Assembly (NCBI GenBank): GCA_963845085.1
Contig: CAWJQI010000001.1
Location: 160,001 to 224,000, forward strand
Length of the DNA: 64,000 nt
Direction of reading: 5' to 3'
Origin: Candidatus Fermentibacterota bacterium
Lineage (GTDB): Bacteria; Fermentibacterota; Fermentibacteria; Fermentibacterales; JCC-6
Within the stretch, counting starts at the first letter, position 1; each line of letters opens with the position of its first letter. The notes under the pieces are model-generated. The model worked only from the letters and a program-made list of their open reading frames with translations. It made no database searches and was not told the origin of the DNA. Shown in pieces: positions 56,127 through 64,000 of the stretch. The position numbers and the translations under genes are program-made.

Positions 56127-57206
56127 CTAACGACCGTCGGGGATGAATGAATCAATCGCGGCCATCTCCTCGAGAAGCTTCTTCTCCCGGCGGCCGGGTT
56201 TCCTTGGAACGTGGATCTCGACCTGCACCAGAAGGTCACCGCGGCCGCGCCTTGAAAGCCTGCCCATGCCAATGCCCCTGACGACGATCCTGTCGCCGCT
56301 TTTGGAGCCCTCCGGAACCTTCACCGGAACAGCCTCCTCGCCGCAGGGGTGCGGGACATGCAGTGATGCGCCCATGACCGCTTCGGGGTACGAGACCCTG
56401 AGCCTGTACACGAGGTTGTCGTCCTCGCGCAGAAAGCTGCCGTAATCCACCCTTCCGATGACCACCCTGAGGTTGCCCGGCGATCCGGCATCACCGGGGT
56501 GATGGCCCTGGCCCCTGAGGGTAAGACAGTGTCCTTCGGAAAGCCCTGCGGGCAGTTGGACGGTGATTGACCTTGATCTGCGGTAAACCCCCCTTCCCCT
56601 GCACTTGCCGCACGGCTTGCGGGGAACTTTCCCGGTGCCCCGGCAGATCTGGCAGGTGGACACGGAACGGAAGGTTCCGAGAAGGGTTCTCCTGTCGCTT
56701 ATAACCCTGCCCGAGCCCTGGCACTGAAGGCATGTCTGCAGCCCCTCGCCCGGGTCTGCTCCGTTGCCTCCGCAGGTGTCGCACGCCTCCATCCTCTCGG
56801 TCCGAATGAGCCTGTCGCCCCCCAGGACCGCCTCGGGAAGGGTGAGCTCGATGGAGACGGTAAGGTCGTCGCCCCTTGAGGCCGACTCGGAATGAAAGCC
56901 GCCGAACCCGAAATTCTCCATGAAGGAACGAAGGGCGTCCTCCATGTCGAACCCGGCAAACGGGCTTCCGCCGTGGCCTCCGGGAGTGTCGTCAACGCTG
57001 CCGTACCTGTCGAAGCGGGAACGCTTTTCCGGTTCGGACAGGATGTCGTAGGCCCTGCCGACCTCCTTGAACTTTTCTTCGGCTTCGTGGTCGCCCGGGT
57101 TTTTGTCGGGGTGGTATTTCATGGCCTGCTGCCTGTAGGCGCGTTTTATGTCATCTTCGCCGGCGTCGCGGGGCAGACCGAGAACTTCGTACGGGTCAAA
57201 TCGCAT
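56127..57206 (-). CDS. dnaJ: Chaperone DnaJ
   Basis: HPD J-domain; four CxxCxGxG repeats; GGAGG SD. Confidence 0.95.
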   Translation of the reverse strand: MRFDPYEVLGLPRDAGEDDIKRAYRQQAMKYHPDKNPGDHEAEEKFKEVGRAYDILSEPEKRSRFDRYGSVDDTPGGHGGSPFAGFDMEDALRSFMENFGFGGFHSESASRGDDLTVSIELTLPEAVLGGDRLIRTERMEACDTCGGNGADPGEGLQTCLQCQGSGRVISDRRTLLGTFRSVSTCQICRGTGKVPRKPCGKCRGRGVYRRSRSITVQLPAGLSEGHCLTLRGQGHHPGDAGSPGNLRVVIGRVDYGSFLREDDNLVYRLRVSYPEAVMGASLHVPHPCGEEAVPVKVPEGSKSGDRIVVRGIGMGRLSRRGRGDLLVQVEIHVPRKPGRREKKLLEEMAAIDSFIPDGR

Positions 57207-57286
57207 CAACAGACCTCCGGTGGGGCTTTTCTGCCTGCGAAAAGCCTCGGGCGGAATCACTTCTCATGAAATCGGGAGCAGGGGCA

Positions 57287-59164
57287 TCACACGCCCGTCA
57301 TGCCCTCAATCGGTTCATCGGTGATTTCAATGTCGTCTATAAGGCCTCCGGCCTCTTCGGCAAGCCGGGTTTCGAACACTTCTATCAGTTTCGACACGGC
57401 TTCGACCTGGATTCTGGTTTTTGCAATCTGCTTTGCGATCGAGTCTGCGTTGTCGCTGTCACGCAGTTCGCGGAGCTTTGCAAGGTCCTCTTCGAGGCCC
57501 TGCCAGGATTCCCTGTCCACCTGTTCCTTGGCCGCCTTGAGAATCTTCGTTGCGTCGTACATCAGCTCGTCGGCCTGGTTCTTGTGGCCGGTCAGGAGGA
57601 TCCTTGCACGGTCGGCCTCGGCGTTGGCCTCGGCCTCCTTCTTCAACCTTGCGATCTCGTCGCTCGTAAGGCCGCCGCTCGGGTTCACCTTGATGCTGTG
57701 GGCGTTACCTGTGTTCATGTCCTTCGCGGACACGTTGAGTATGCCGTTCGAATCGATCTCGAAGAGGACCTCGACCCTCGGCTCCCCCCTTCTCGCGGGA
57801 GGGATGCCCCTCAGCTCGAAGGTTCCGAGACTGCGGTTCCCCTCGGCAAGGTCGCGCTCGCCCTGAAGCACGTGCACGCTGACCACGCTCTGGTTGTCCA
57901 CTGCGGTCGTGAATATCCTCCCCCTGCGCATCGGAATCGGGCTGTTTCTTTTTATGATCGGCGCCATCACCCCGCCAAGGGTTTCCACCCCGAGGGAGAG
58001 GGGTGTGACATCGATCAGGACAAGGTCCTTCTTCTGCCCGGAGAGAACCGCCCCCTCGAGGGCCGCGCCCATGGCTACAACCTCGTCGGGGTTTACGCTT
58101 TGCGCGGGCTTCCTGCCGAATGTCTGCTCGACCAGTTCCTTCACCATCGGGATGCGGGTGGAACCACCCACGAGCACGACATGGTCAAGGTCCTCCATCC
58201 TGAAGCCGGCGTCTTCAACGGCTTTCTGGCAGAGCTCGCGCGTCCTTTCGACAAGGTCCGAGACCAGGCTCTGGAACAGCTTGCGGGTAATGCTTATCTC
58301 CATGTGCACCGGGCCGGAGTCGCCAGATGCGATGAAGGGAAGGTTGATGCTTGTCTCGAGTGTCATGGATAGCTCGCACTTGGCGCGCTCGGCGGCTTCA
58401 CGCACCCTCTGGGGCGCTATCTGGTCACGATTGAGGTCGATCCCCGTCTCGGTGCGGAACTGCTCCATTATCCAGTCGACGAGGCGGCTGTCGAGGTCGT
58501 CGCCCCCGAGGTTCGTGTCACCGCAGGTGGACTTCACCTCGAATACGCCGTTGACAACCTGCAGCACGCTGATGTCGAAGGTGCCGCCCCCGAAGTCGTA
58601 CACCGCTATCCTCTTGCTCTCCTTCGGCTCCATGAAGGCAAGGGCCGCGGCGGTCGGCTCGTTGAGAACCCGCCTTACGGAAAGCCCCGCGATGACGCCC
58701 GCCGCCTTCGTGGCTTCCCTCTGTACCTCGTTGAAATAGGCGGGGACGGTTATCACCGCTTCGGTGACGTCCTCGCCCAGGAACTCCTCGGCGGTGTGCT
58801 TCAGGCGCTGGAGGATGATGGCACTGACCTCGGGAGGCGTGTAGAGACGGTCCATAATGCGAACCGCGGCATCGCCGTTGGAGTTCTCCTCGATCGTGTA
58901 TGAAACCCGTTTCACGAGATCCGACACCTCGGAGAACTTCCTGCCCATCAGCCTCTTGATGCTCGAGATGGTGTTCTTGGGATTGGTGATGGCCTGACGC
59001 TTCGCCACAAGCCCGACAAGCCTCTCACCCTTTGCCGTAAAGGCGACAACTGACGCCATCACCCTCGCACCGGCCTTGGTCTGGATAACGGTCGGATTCC
59101 CGTTGTCCACAAAGGCGATGCAGGAGTTTGTGGTGCCCAGATCAATGCCGATGGTTTTCCCCAA
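57287..59164 (-). CDS. dnaK: Chaperone DnaK (Hsp70)
   Basis: GIDLGTTNS; TVPAYFN; NEPTAAA; GGGTFD; VGGSTRIP; DVTPLSLG; TTG start with GGAGG SD. Confidence 0.93.
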   Translation of the reverse strand: MGKTIGIDLGTTNSCIAFVDNGNPTVIQTKAGARVMASVVAFTAKGERLVGLVAKRQAITNPKNTISSIKRLMGRKFSEVSDLVKRVSYTIEENSNGDAAVRIMDRLYTPPEVSAIILQRLKHTAEEFLGEDVTEAVITVPAYFNEVQREATKAAGVIAGLSVRRVLNEPTAAALAFMEPKESKRIAVYDFGGGTFDISVLQVVNGVFEVKSTCGDTNLGGDDLDSRLVDWIMEQFRTETGIDLNRDQIAPQRVREAAERAKCELSMTLETSINLPFIASGDSGPVHMEISITRKLFQSLVSDLVERTRELCQKAVEDAGFRMEDLDHVVLVGGSTRIPMVKELVEQTFGRKPAQSVNPDEVVAMGAALEGAVLSGQKKDLVLIDVTPLSLGVETLGGVMAPIIKRNSPIPMRRGRIFTTAVDNQSVVSVHVLQGERDLAEGNRSLGTFELRGIPPARRGEPRVEVLFEIDSNGILNVSAKDMNTGNAHSIKVNPSGGLTSDEIARLKKEAEANAEADRARILLTGHKNQADELMYDATKILKAAKEQVDRESWQGLEEDLAKLRELRDSDNADSIAKQIAKTRIQVEAVSKLIEVFETRLAEEAGGLIDDIEITDEPIEGMTGV

Positions 59165-59196
59165 CGCTCATACCTCCTGAAGGGGGATATCGACGC

Positions 59197-59940
59197 CTAT
59201 TCGGTGAACACCGACTTGACCATTGCCCAGGTCGCAGGGGAAAGGTGCTGTGTACCGGGATCAAGCTGATAGACCTGCGCACCCGTTTCCTCGTACTCGG
59301 TAATCCAGATGTACTGGCCGTCCCAGGCGAGGTCCTGCGGGGTTTCACAGGGCAGCATGTAGTAGGAAACCGGCTGCGGGACCATTGGGAGAAGCACGTA
59401 CACCATCGGAGTGTTCTGCATGCTCACGTACAGGTTGAAGCCGTCGAAGGTGAGGCCGGTGCAGCCGGCCGGGCTGTACGGCTGGAAATAATCCAGAACA
59501 CCGCCGCTTGCGGGGTCGAGCTTGTAGATGGTGTTGTTGCTGTAGTTGGTGCTCCAGAGGCAGGTGCCGTCCCAGGTGAGCCCCTCGTTGTTGCTGCCGC
59601 TGGGCGCAGGGATGGAATCAACGGCAAGGCCGGTGTTGACATCGATGAAGTAGATCATCCAGGGATCACACGTTGCCACAAGGTACGTGCCGTCCCATGC
59701 GAGACCGGTGAGCGACCCGGTTGCAGCGCTCGGAGGGGTGATCTGGTCCACCACGGCCCCGCTCGTCGGGTCGATCTTGTAGAACATGTGGTCGGTGTCG
59801 CTGGTGATCCAGAGGTACCCGTCAGCCCAGGTGAGCCCGTCGGGGTTGCCGCCGGGGGCCGGGATCTGGCTTATGATGTCGCCGGGGGCCGCCGCAACGG
59901 CGCAAACAAGAAACATGGAAATCAACAAGGCTGCTCTCAC
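59197..59940 (-). CDS. Secreted beta-propeller (glutaminyl-cyclase/YncE-like) with TWxxVK tail
   Basis: Signal peptide; five GL(T/A)WDG..LW-type repeats; ends LSPATWAMVKSVFTE. Confidence 0.82.
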   Translation of the reverse strand: MRAALLISMFLVCAVAAAPGDIISQIPAPGGNPDGLTWADGYLWITSDTDHMFYKIDPTSGAVVDQITPPSAATGSLTGLAWDGTYLVATCDPWMIYFIDVNTGLAVDSIPAPSGSNNEGLTWDGTCLWSTNYSNNTIYKLDPASGGVLDYFQPYSPAGCTGLTFDGFNLYVSMQNTPMVYVLLPMVPQPVSYYMLPCETPQDLAWDGQYIWITEYEETGAQVYQLDPGTQHLSPATWAMVKSVFTE

Positions 59941-60024
59941 AGTACCCCTCCTTCATTAATGGGTTTCAAACGTAATATCCCTTTGAATCATCCGGCCTGA
60001 CAGTATGTTTTTCACGGCCCGGTG

Positions 60025-61047
60025 TCAACCTTGCATCCCCCGAAGCTCTTCCGGGCTGCCGACCACGCCGTGCTCGCATATGATGCCCGAAATCAGGGCC
60101 GAAGGGGTCACGTCGAAGGCCGGGTTCCATACCGCCGCACCGGGCGCAACGACCATCGAGCTGCCGGAGCCGGTCACCTCGCCGGGATCCCTCTTTTCGA
60201 TCACTATCCCGTCCCCTGTCGGTGTTTCGAAGTCGAATGTGGAGACCGGTGCGGCCACGAAGAAGGGAACTCCCGCCTCCCTCGCGGCGAGCGCCAGCGG
60301 ATATGTTCCAATCTTGTTCGCGGTGTCGCCGTTGAGTGCGATCCTGTCGGCGCCGGTTATCACCGCGTCGACCACGCCCGAGGCAAGCAGCATCGCTGCG
60401 GCGGAATCGGGGATGACGGTGACAGGTATCCCCGCACGGACCATTTCCCACGCGGTCAGCCGGGCGCCCTGAAACAGGGGCCTGGTTTCATCCGCGAAGA
60501 CCTCCCGGAGCATCCCGCGGTTGTGCGCCTCGTAGATTACCGCGAGGGCGGTGCCCAGACCGCCCGTGGCAAGACCCCCAGCATTGCAGTGGGTAAGCAC
60601 CGCGCATCCCTTTCGGAGAAGGCCGGCTCCGTGCCTTCCGATCGCAGCACTGGCTTCGAGATCCTCGCGGTGAAGGCGGCGAGCCGATTCGAGCAGGCGG
60701 CCGACCGCCTCGTCCCTGTTGGAAGTACCGAGCAGGACTTTCTCCTGAATGGCAAGACAATGGAACAGGTTGACCGCGGTGGGCCTGGTGGCGGCAATGA
60801 TACCCATTTTGCAGAGGCATTCCTCATGAAAGGAAGGCCCTGCAGGCGTCGAAAGGGCCGCGATGACGGCGCCGTAGGCGGCTGCAAGCCCGATGGCCGG
60901 CGCCCCCCTCACGGCGAGGGACCTGATGGCGTCAGCCAGGGATTCCACATCCCCGCACACGATGAAGGCTTCGGTCAGCGGAAGAAGGCGCTGATCGAGA
61001 AGCTTCAGTGCATTCCCGGTCCACTCGAGCGTGGGAACGGGCTTCAT
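60025..61047 (-). CDS. mtnA: S-methyl-5-thioribose-1-phosphate isomerase
   Basis: LLDQRLLP; VRGAPAIG; TRPTAVNL; LTHCNAG; DETRP; NKIGTY; NPAFDVTP. Confidence 0.93.
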   Translation of the reverse strand: MKPVPTLEWTGNALKLLDQRLLPLTEAFIVCGDVESLADAIRSLAVRGAPAIGLAAAYGAVIAALSTPAGPSFHEECLCKMGIIAATRPTAVNLFHCLAIQEKVLLGTSNRDEAVGRLLESARRLHREDLEASAAIGRHGAGLLRKGCAVLTHCNAGGLATGGLGTALAVIYEAHNRGMLREVFADETRPLFQGARLTAWEMVRAGIPVTVIPDSAAAMLLASGVVDAVITGADRIALNGDTANKIGTYPLALAAREAGVPFFVAAPVSTFDFETPTGDGIVIEKRDPGEVTGSGSSMVVAPGAAVWNPAFDVTPSALISGIICEHGVVGSPEELRGMQG

Positions 61048-61589
61048 TGAATGTCCCTTCCCAGAAGCCGGAAGCAGACCTCGAAAATCTCATCGGGCTC
61101 CATCATCCTGCCCGGACCGGTCGTGCCGCACGCCAGCGGCCCCTCCACCGGGCCGGCCATTACCACCCCCATGTCCTCGAGGATCCTCACGTTGTTCCTG
61201 ACGGCGGGGTTGTTCCACATCCTCGAGTTCATTGCGGGCGCCATTACAACAGGGGCGTCGCAGGCAAGAAAGACCGCGGTGAGCAGTTCGTCCGCAAAAC
61301 CATGGGCGGCCCGTGCCATGAAATGGGCCGTTGCGGGGGCCACCACCAGAAGGTCCACGTTGTCGGTAAGACTGATGTGCGGAACGGGATCAGCCGGCTG
61401 CAAGGGAAACAGCTCGGTGTGAACAGGTTCTCCCGTCACGCAGGCCACCTGGGTCGGGGAGATGAAGCGGGTCGCCCCCTGAGTCATGACACAGCCGACC
61501 TTGTGGCCGGCCTTGCGAAACAGCGACGCGAGGCTGCATGCCTTGAAGGCCGCCGCACCCCCGGTGATCCCGAGCAGGATCTCAGCCAT
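61044..61589 (-). CDS. coaC: Monofunctional phosphopantothenoylcysteine decarboxylase
   Basis: LLGITGG; VAPATA; APAMNSRMW; LACGTTGPGRM; stops where the CoaB domain would start. Confidence 0.85.
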   Translation of the reverse strand: MAEILLGITGGAAAFKACSLASLFRKAGHKVGCVMTQGATRFISPTQVACVTGEPVHTELFPLQPADPVPHISLTDNVDLLVVAPATAHFMARAAHGFADELLTAVFLACDAPVVMAPAMNSRMWNNPAVRNNVRILEDMGVVMAGPVEGPLACGTTGPGRMMEPDEIFEVCFRLLGRDIQ

Positions 61590-62349
61590 TTCCCAACCTC
61601 CTCTTCCTGCCGATTGCGTCAATGCCCATTAGCGTAAGCTCGGGGCAGACGACAAAGCCGGACCTGCACCGGGGACAGATCGCCTCCGCCCAGCCGCCGG
61701 TCGCCAGCAGGGCCGGGCTGCCCCCAACGACTGCAGAGAGAAGCTCGATCATCCTGTCGGCGCTGCCTACAGCACCGTACAGCACGCCCGACCTCACCGC
61801 CTCGACCGTGGAGCGCCCCAGCGGGCTCTCGGGGAACTCAAGGTCGACCGGGCTGATACGCTCCGCCTTCTTGAACAGCTCAGATGCGGCGGTTCCCACT
61901 CCCGGGAGTATGGCGCCACCGATGTACATTCCTTTGGAATCTATCACGTCGAATGTCGTAGCCGTGCCGAAATCCGCTACAATGAACGGAGGGGTTCTCA
62001 TCAGAAGGGCTCCGACGGCGTTTGCAAGCCTGTCCGGGCCGAGTTCACCCGGGTTGGGGTAATCGAGAGGCATGCCGGCCGTTTCGGGGTTCACCTCGAT
62101 GGGCTCGGTGTGCAGCCACCTTCGGGAAAAACCGACCAGGGCGTGCGTCACCTGTGGAACCACGCACGCGTAGGCCACCACCGAGGGCAGGGGCGCCCCC
62201 GATGCCATGAAGAGGGAATGGACGAGCACCCACAGCTCGTCCGGCGTCCAGTGGACGGTTCTGACCCGCCACTGGCTGACCAGGCTGCCCATTTCAAAAA
62301 GCCCGAGAGCGGTCTTCGTGTTCCCGACATCAACCGCGAGCTGGTACAC
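61582..62349 (-). CDS. coaX: Type III pantothenate kinase
   Basis: VDVGNT; LGPDR; DFGTATTFD; GGAILPG; TGG. Confidence 0.93.
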   Translation of the reverse strand: MYQLAVDVGNTKTALGLFEMGSLVSQWRVRTVHWTPDELWVLVHSLFMASGAPLPSVVAYACVVPQVTHALVGFSRRWLHTEPIEVNPETAGMPLDYPNPGELGPDRLANAVGALLMRTPPFIVADFGTATTFDVIDSKGMYIGGAILPGVGTAASELFKKAERISPVDLEFPESPLGRSTVEAVRSGVLYGAVGSADRMIELLSAVVGGSPALLATGGWAEAICPRCRSGFVVCPELTLMGIDAIGRKRRLGNG

Positions 62350-63196
62350 AGGGACCCTCCCTCCAGTCCAGGCCGATATCGGCCGCCCTTGCGGAGTGGG
62401 TCAGCGCCCCGACCGAAACACCGTTGACCCCCGTCGCGGCGATCTCACCCACGGTTTCGAGGGTGACTCCCCCCGAAGCCTCGAGATAGCAGCGCCCCGC
62501 AACAATGCCCACCGCTTCGCGCAGCATGGGGATGCTCATGTTGTCGAGCAGGATCCGGTCCGGCGCAAGTGCGAGCACCGCCTGAAGCTGTGCCGGCGAA
62601 TCCACCTCGATCTCGATCGGGATCCCCATCGAACGAACCGAGGAAACGGCGGGAAGCAGCGCCTCGACTCCGCCGAGCGCAGCGACATGGTTGTCCTTGA
62701 ACATGGCCATGGCGGAAAGGTTCATCCTGTGGTTGACTCCGCCCCCCGCAAGCACCGCGTACTTCTCGAGCACCCGCAGCCCGGGCGTGGTTTTCCTGGT
62801 GTCGAGCACTTCGACACCGGGCGCTGCCTCGACGAAGCGCCTTGTAAGCGTTGCGATCCCGCACAGTCTTCCCAGGATGTTGAGTGCGCTTCTTTCGCCC
62901 CGAAGGATGCTTCCGGTGAGACCGCGGACGACCCCGATCACTGAGCCGGCATATGCCTTCTCGCCCTCCCCCGCAAGCCTCTCAAGTCTTGCTGCGCCCT
63001 CGAGTGCGGCGTAGACCGCCTCGACCGCGAACAGACCCGCCACAACCATTGTTTCCCTTGCCCTGAACTCGCAAACGGCCGGCATGAGCGCGGCCCGCCC
63101 CAGGGCGGCGGTGGCGGCGTCGTTTGCTGCATCATCCTCGGAGAGGGCAAGCCGGGCCACCCTCTCGGCCTCGTAAAGAACCATGGCATCCATCAT
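62330..63196 (-). CDS. nadC: Nicotinate-nucleotide pyrophosphorylase (carboxylating)
   Basis: ERSALN; DTRKTTPG; NHR; KDNH; EIEVD; LLDN; EASGG. Confidence 0.95.
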   Translation of the reverse strand: MMDAMVLYEAERVARLALSEDDAANDAATAALGRAALMPAVCEFRARETMVVAGLFAVEAVYAALEGAARLERLAGEGEKAYAGSVIGVVRGLTGSILRGERSALNILGRLCGIATLTRRFVEAAPGVEVLDTRKTTPGLRVLEKYAVLAGGGVNHRMNLSAMAMFKDNHVAALGGVEALLPAVSSVRSMGIPIEIEVDSPAQLQAVLALAPDRILLDNMSIPMLREAVGIVAGRCYLEASGGVTLETVGEIAATGVNGVSVGALTHSARAADIGLDWREGPCVPARG

Positions 63197-64000
63197 GCCT
63201 CCCTTAAAAGACCGGGGTCGCCGTGAACGACCTCACCGTCCAGGATCGTTGCCTCCACGCTGATCTCGTTCCATGGGACCCCGCGGAAAGGGTCCGCCGA
63301 GAGGAGGCACAGGTGGGCGGGACGGCCCGGAGCGACCATTCCCGCCAGATCACTGAAACCACAGACATCCGCGGCGCCGAGAGTGTAGGCATGAAGCGCC
63401 TGGCCCACCGACAGCCTTTGATCCGGAGAAGGATGGCCGGTCGCGCCCGGAAGCCCCTCGAGCGGGCCGAAGGGCATACCGTCGCTTCCGAAACCAAGCC
63501 GGAATCCGAGGGAGAGGGCGCGGGCGAAGGGGTTCAGCTCACGCGCGCGCTGCGGCGACAGCCTGGATTCGTACATGCCGCCGGGCATCTGCCACCTCGA
63601 CACGAAGTTGGGCTGCATGCAGAAGGAATGGCGGGAAGGGCTCAGTGACGACTCGAGCACTGAAAGCAACTCCTCCGCGTGCTCTATCCGTACCGCGGGC
63701 GAGTCCTTCCGCTGCGAGACCCTCGAAAGCTGGCGCAGCGCCCCCGCCCCGATCGAATGGGCGGCAATGCCTGTCCCGCAGAGCGCAGCAGTGTCGAACA
63801 GGGTCTCGACCTGCTCGTCGCTCATCAGCGGAGCGGCCTTGGAGCCGTCTGCATAGCAGCCGTCGACGGCTGCGCTGCGGGCCCCGAACGTGCCGTCCAT
63901 GAATATCTTGATCCACCTGACGAGCGCCCCCGCCCCCCGGGAGAGCAGCATGGGCGCGTCATCGGCAAAAACGCCGATCGCTGTTCGAAGGCGGGGACCC
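63193..64000 (-). CDS. Amidohydrolase family 3 (YtcJ-like), 5' end truncated by the window
   Basis: IKIFMDG.FGAR; AHSIG; RIEHAE; FGSDGMP; ALHAYT. Confidence 0.85.
   Translation of the reverse strand, partial: GPRLRTAIGVFADDAPMLLSRGAGALVRWIKIFMDGTFGARSAAVDGCYADGSKAAPLMSDEQVETLFDTAALCGTGIAAHSIGAGALRQLSRVSQRKDSPAVRIEHAEELLSVLESSLSPSRHSFCMQPNFVSRWQMPGGMYESRLSPQRARELNPFARALSLGFRLGFGSDGMPFGPLEGLPGATGHPSPDQRLSVGQALHAYTLGAADVCGFSDLAGMVAPGRPAHLCLLSADPFRGVPWNEISVEATILDGEVVHGDPGLLREA

Noticed and set aside
57266..61050. Long plus-strand ORFs opposite dnaK, the propeller gene and mtnA
   Set aside because: Antisense shadows of well-supported genes

Overview
A gene-dense, GC-rich (roughly 60-65% by eye) bacterial chromosomal segment with about 55 CDS. 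I found no recognisable rRNA, tRNA, CRISPR array, transposase or integrase. A PorV-like gene, T9SS-type C-terminal domains, a tungsten-type aldehyde oxidoreductase and a C-terminal TWxxVK tail suggest an anaerobic FCB-superphylum organism, possibly Ca. Fermentibacterota (inference only). Housekeeping genes include xseAB, miaB, glgB, thiC, tdh, asd, holA, dnaG, mutS2, dnaJ, dnaK, mtnA, coaC, coaX and nadC. The best candidate for an undescribed system is the acpS / acetate-adenylating enzyme / dedicated ACP / altered Kbl cassette (31961-35637), followed by a second, canonical kbl. It looks like a carrier-protein-dependent acetyl + glycine condensation route. Other notable items: a heavily altered sigma-70 in the rpoD position; an mltD / giant TPR / TPR / slt block; a TA or defence cluster with apparently leaderless genes; two frameshifted genes (a lamin-tail surface protein and a cyclophilin); and a structured 140-nt intergenic element.
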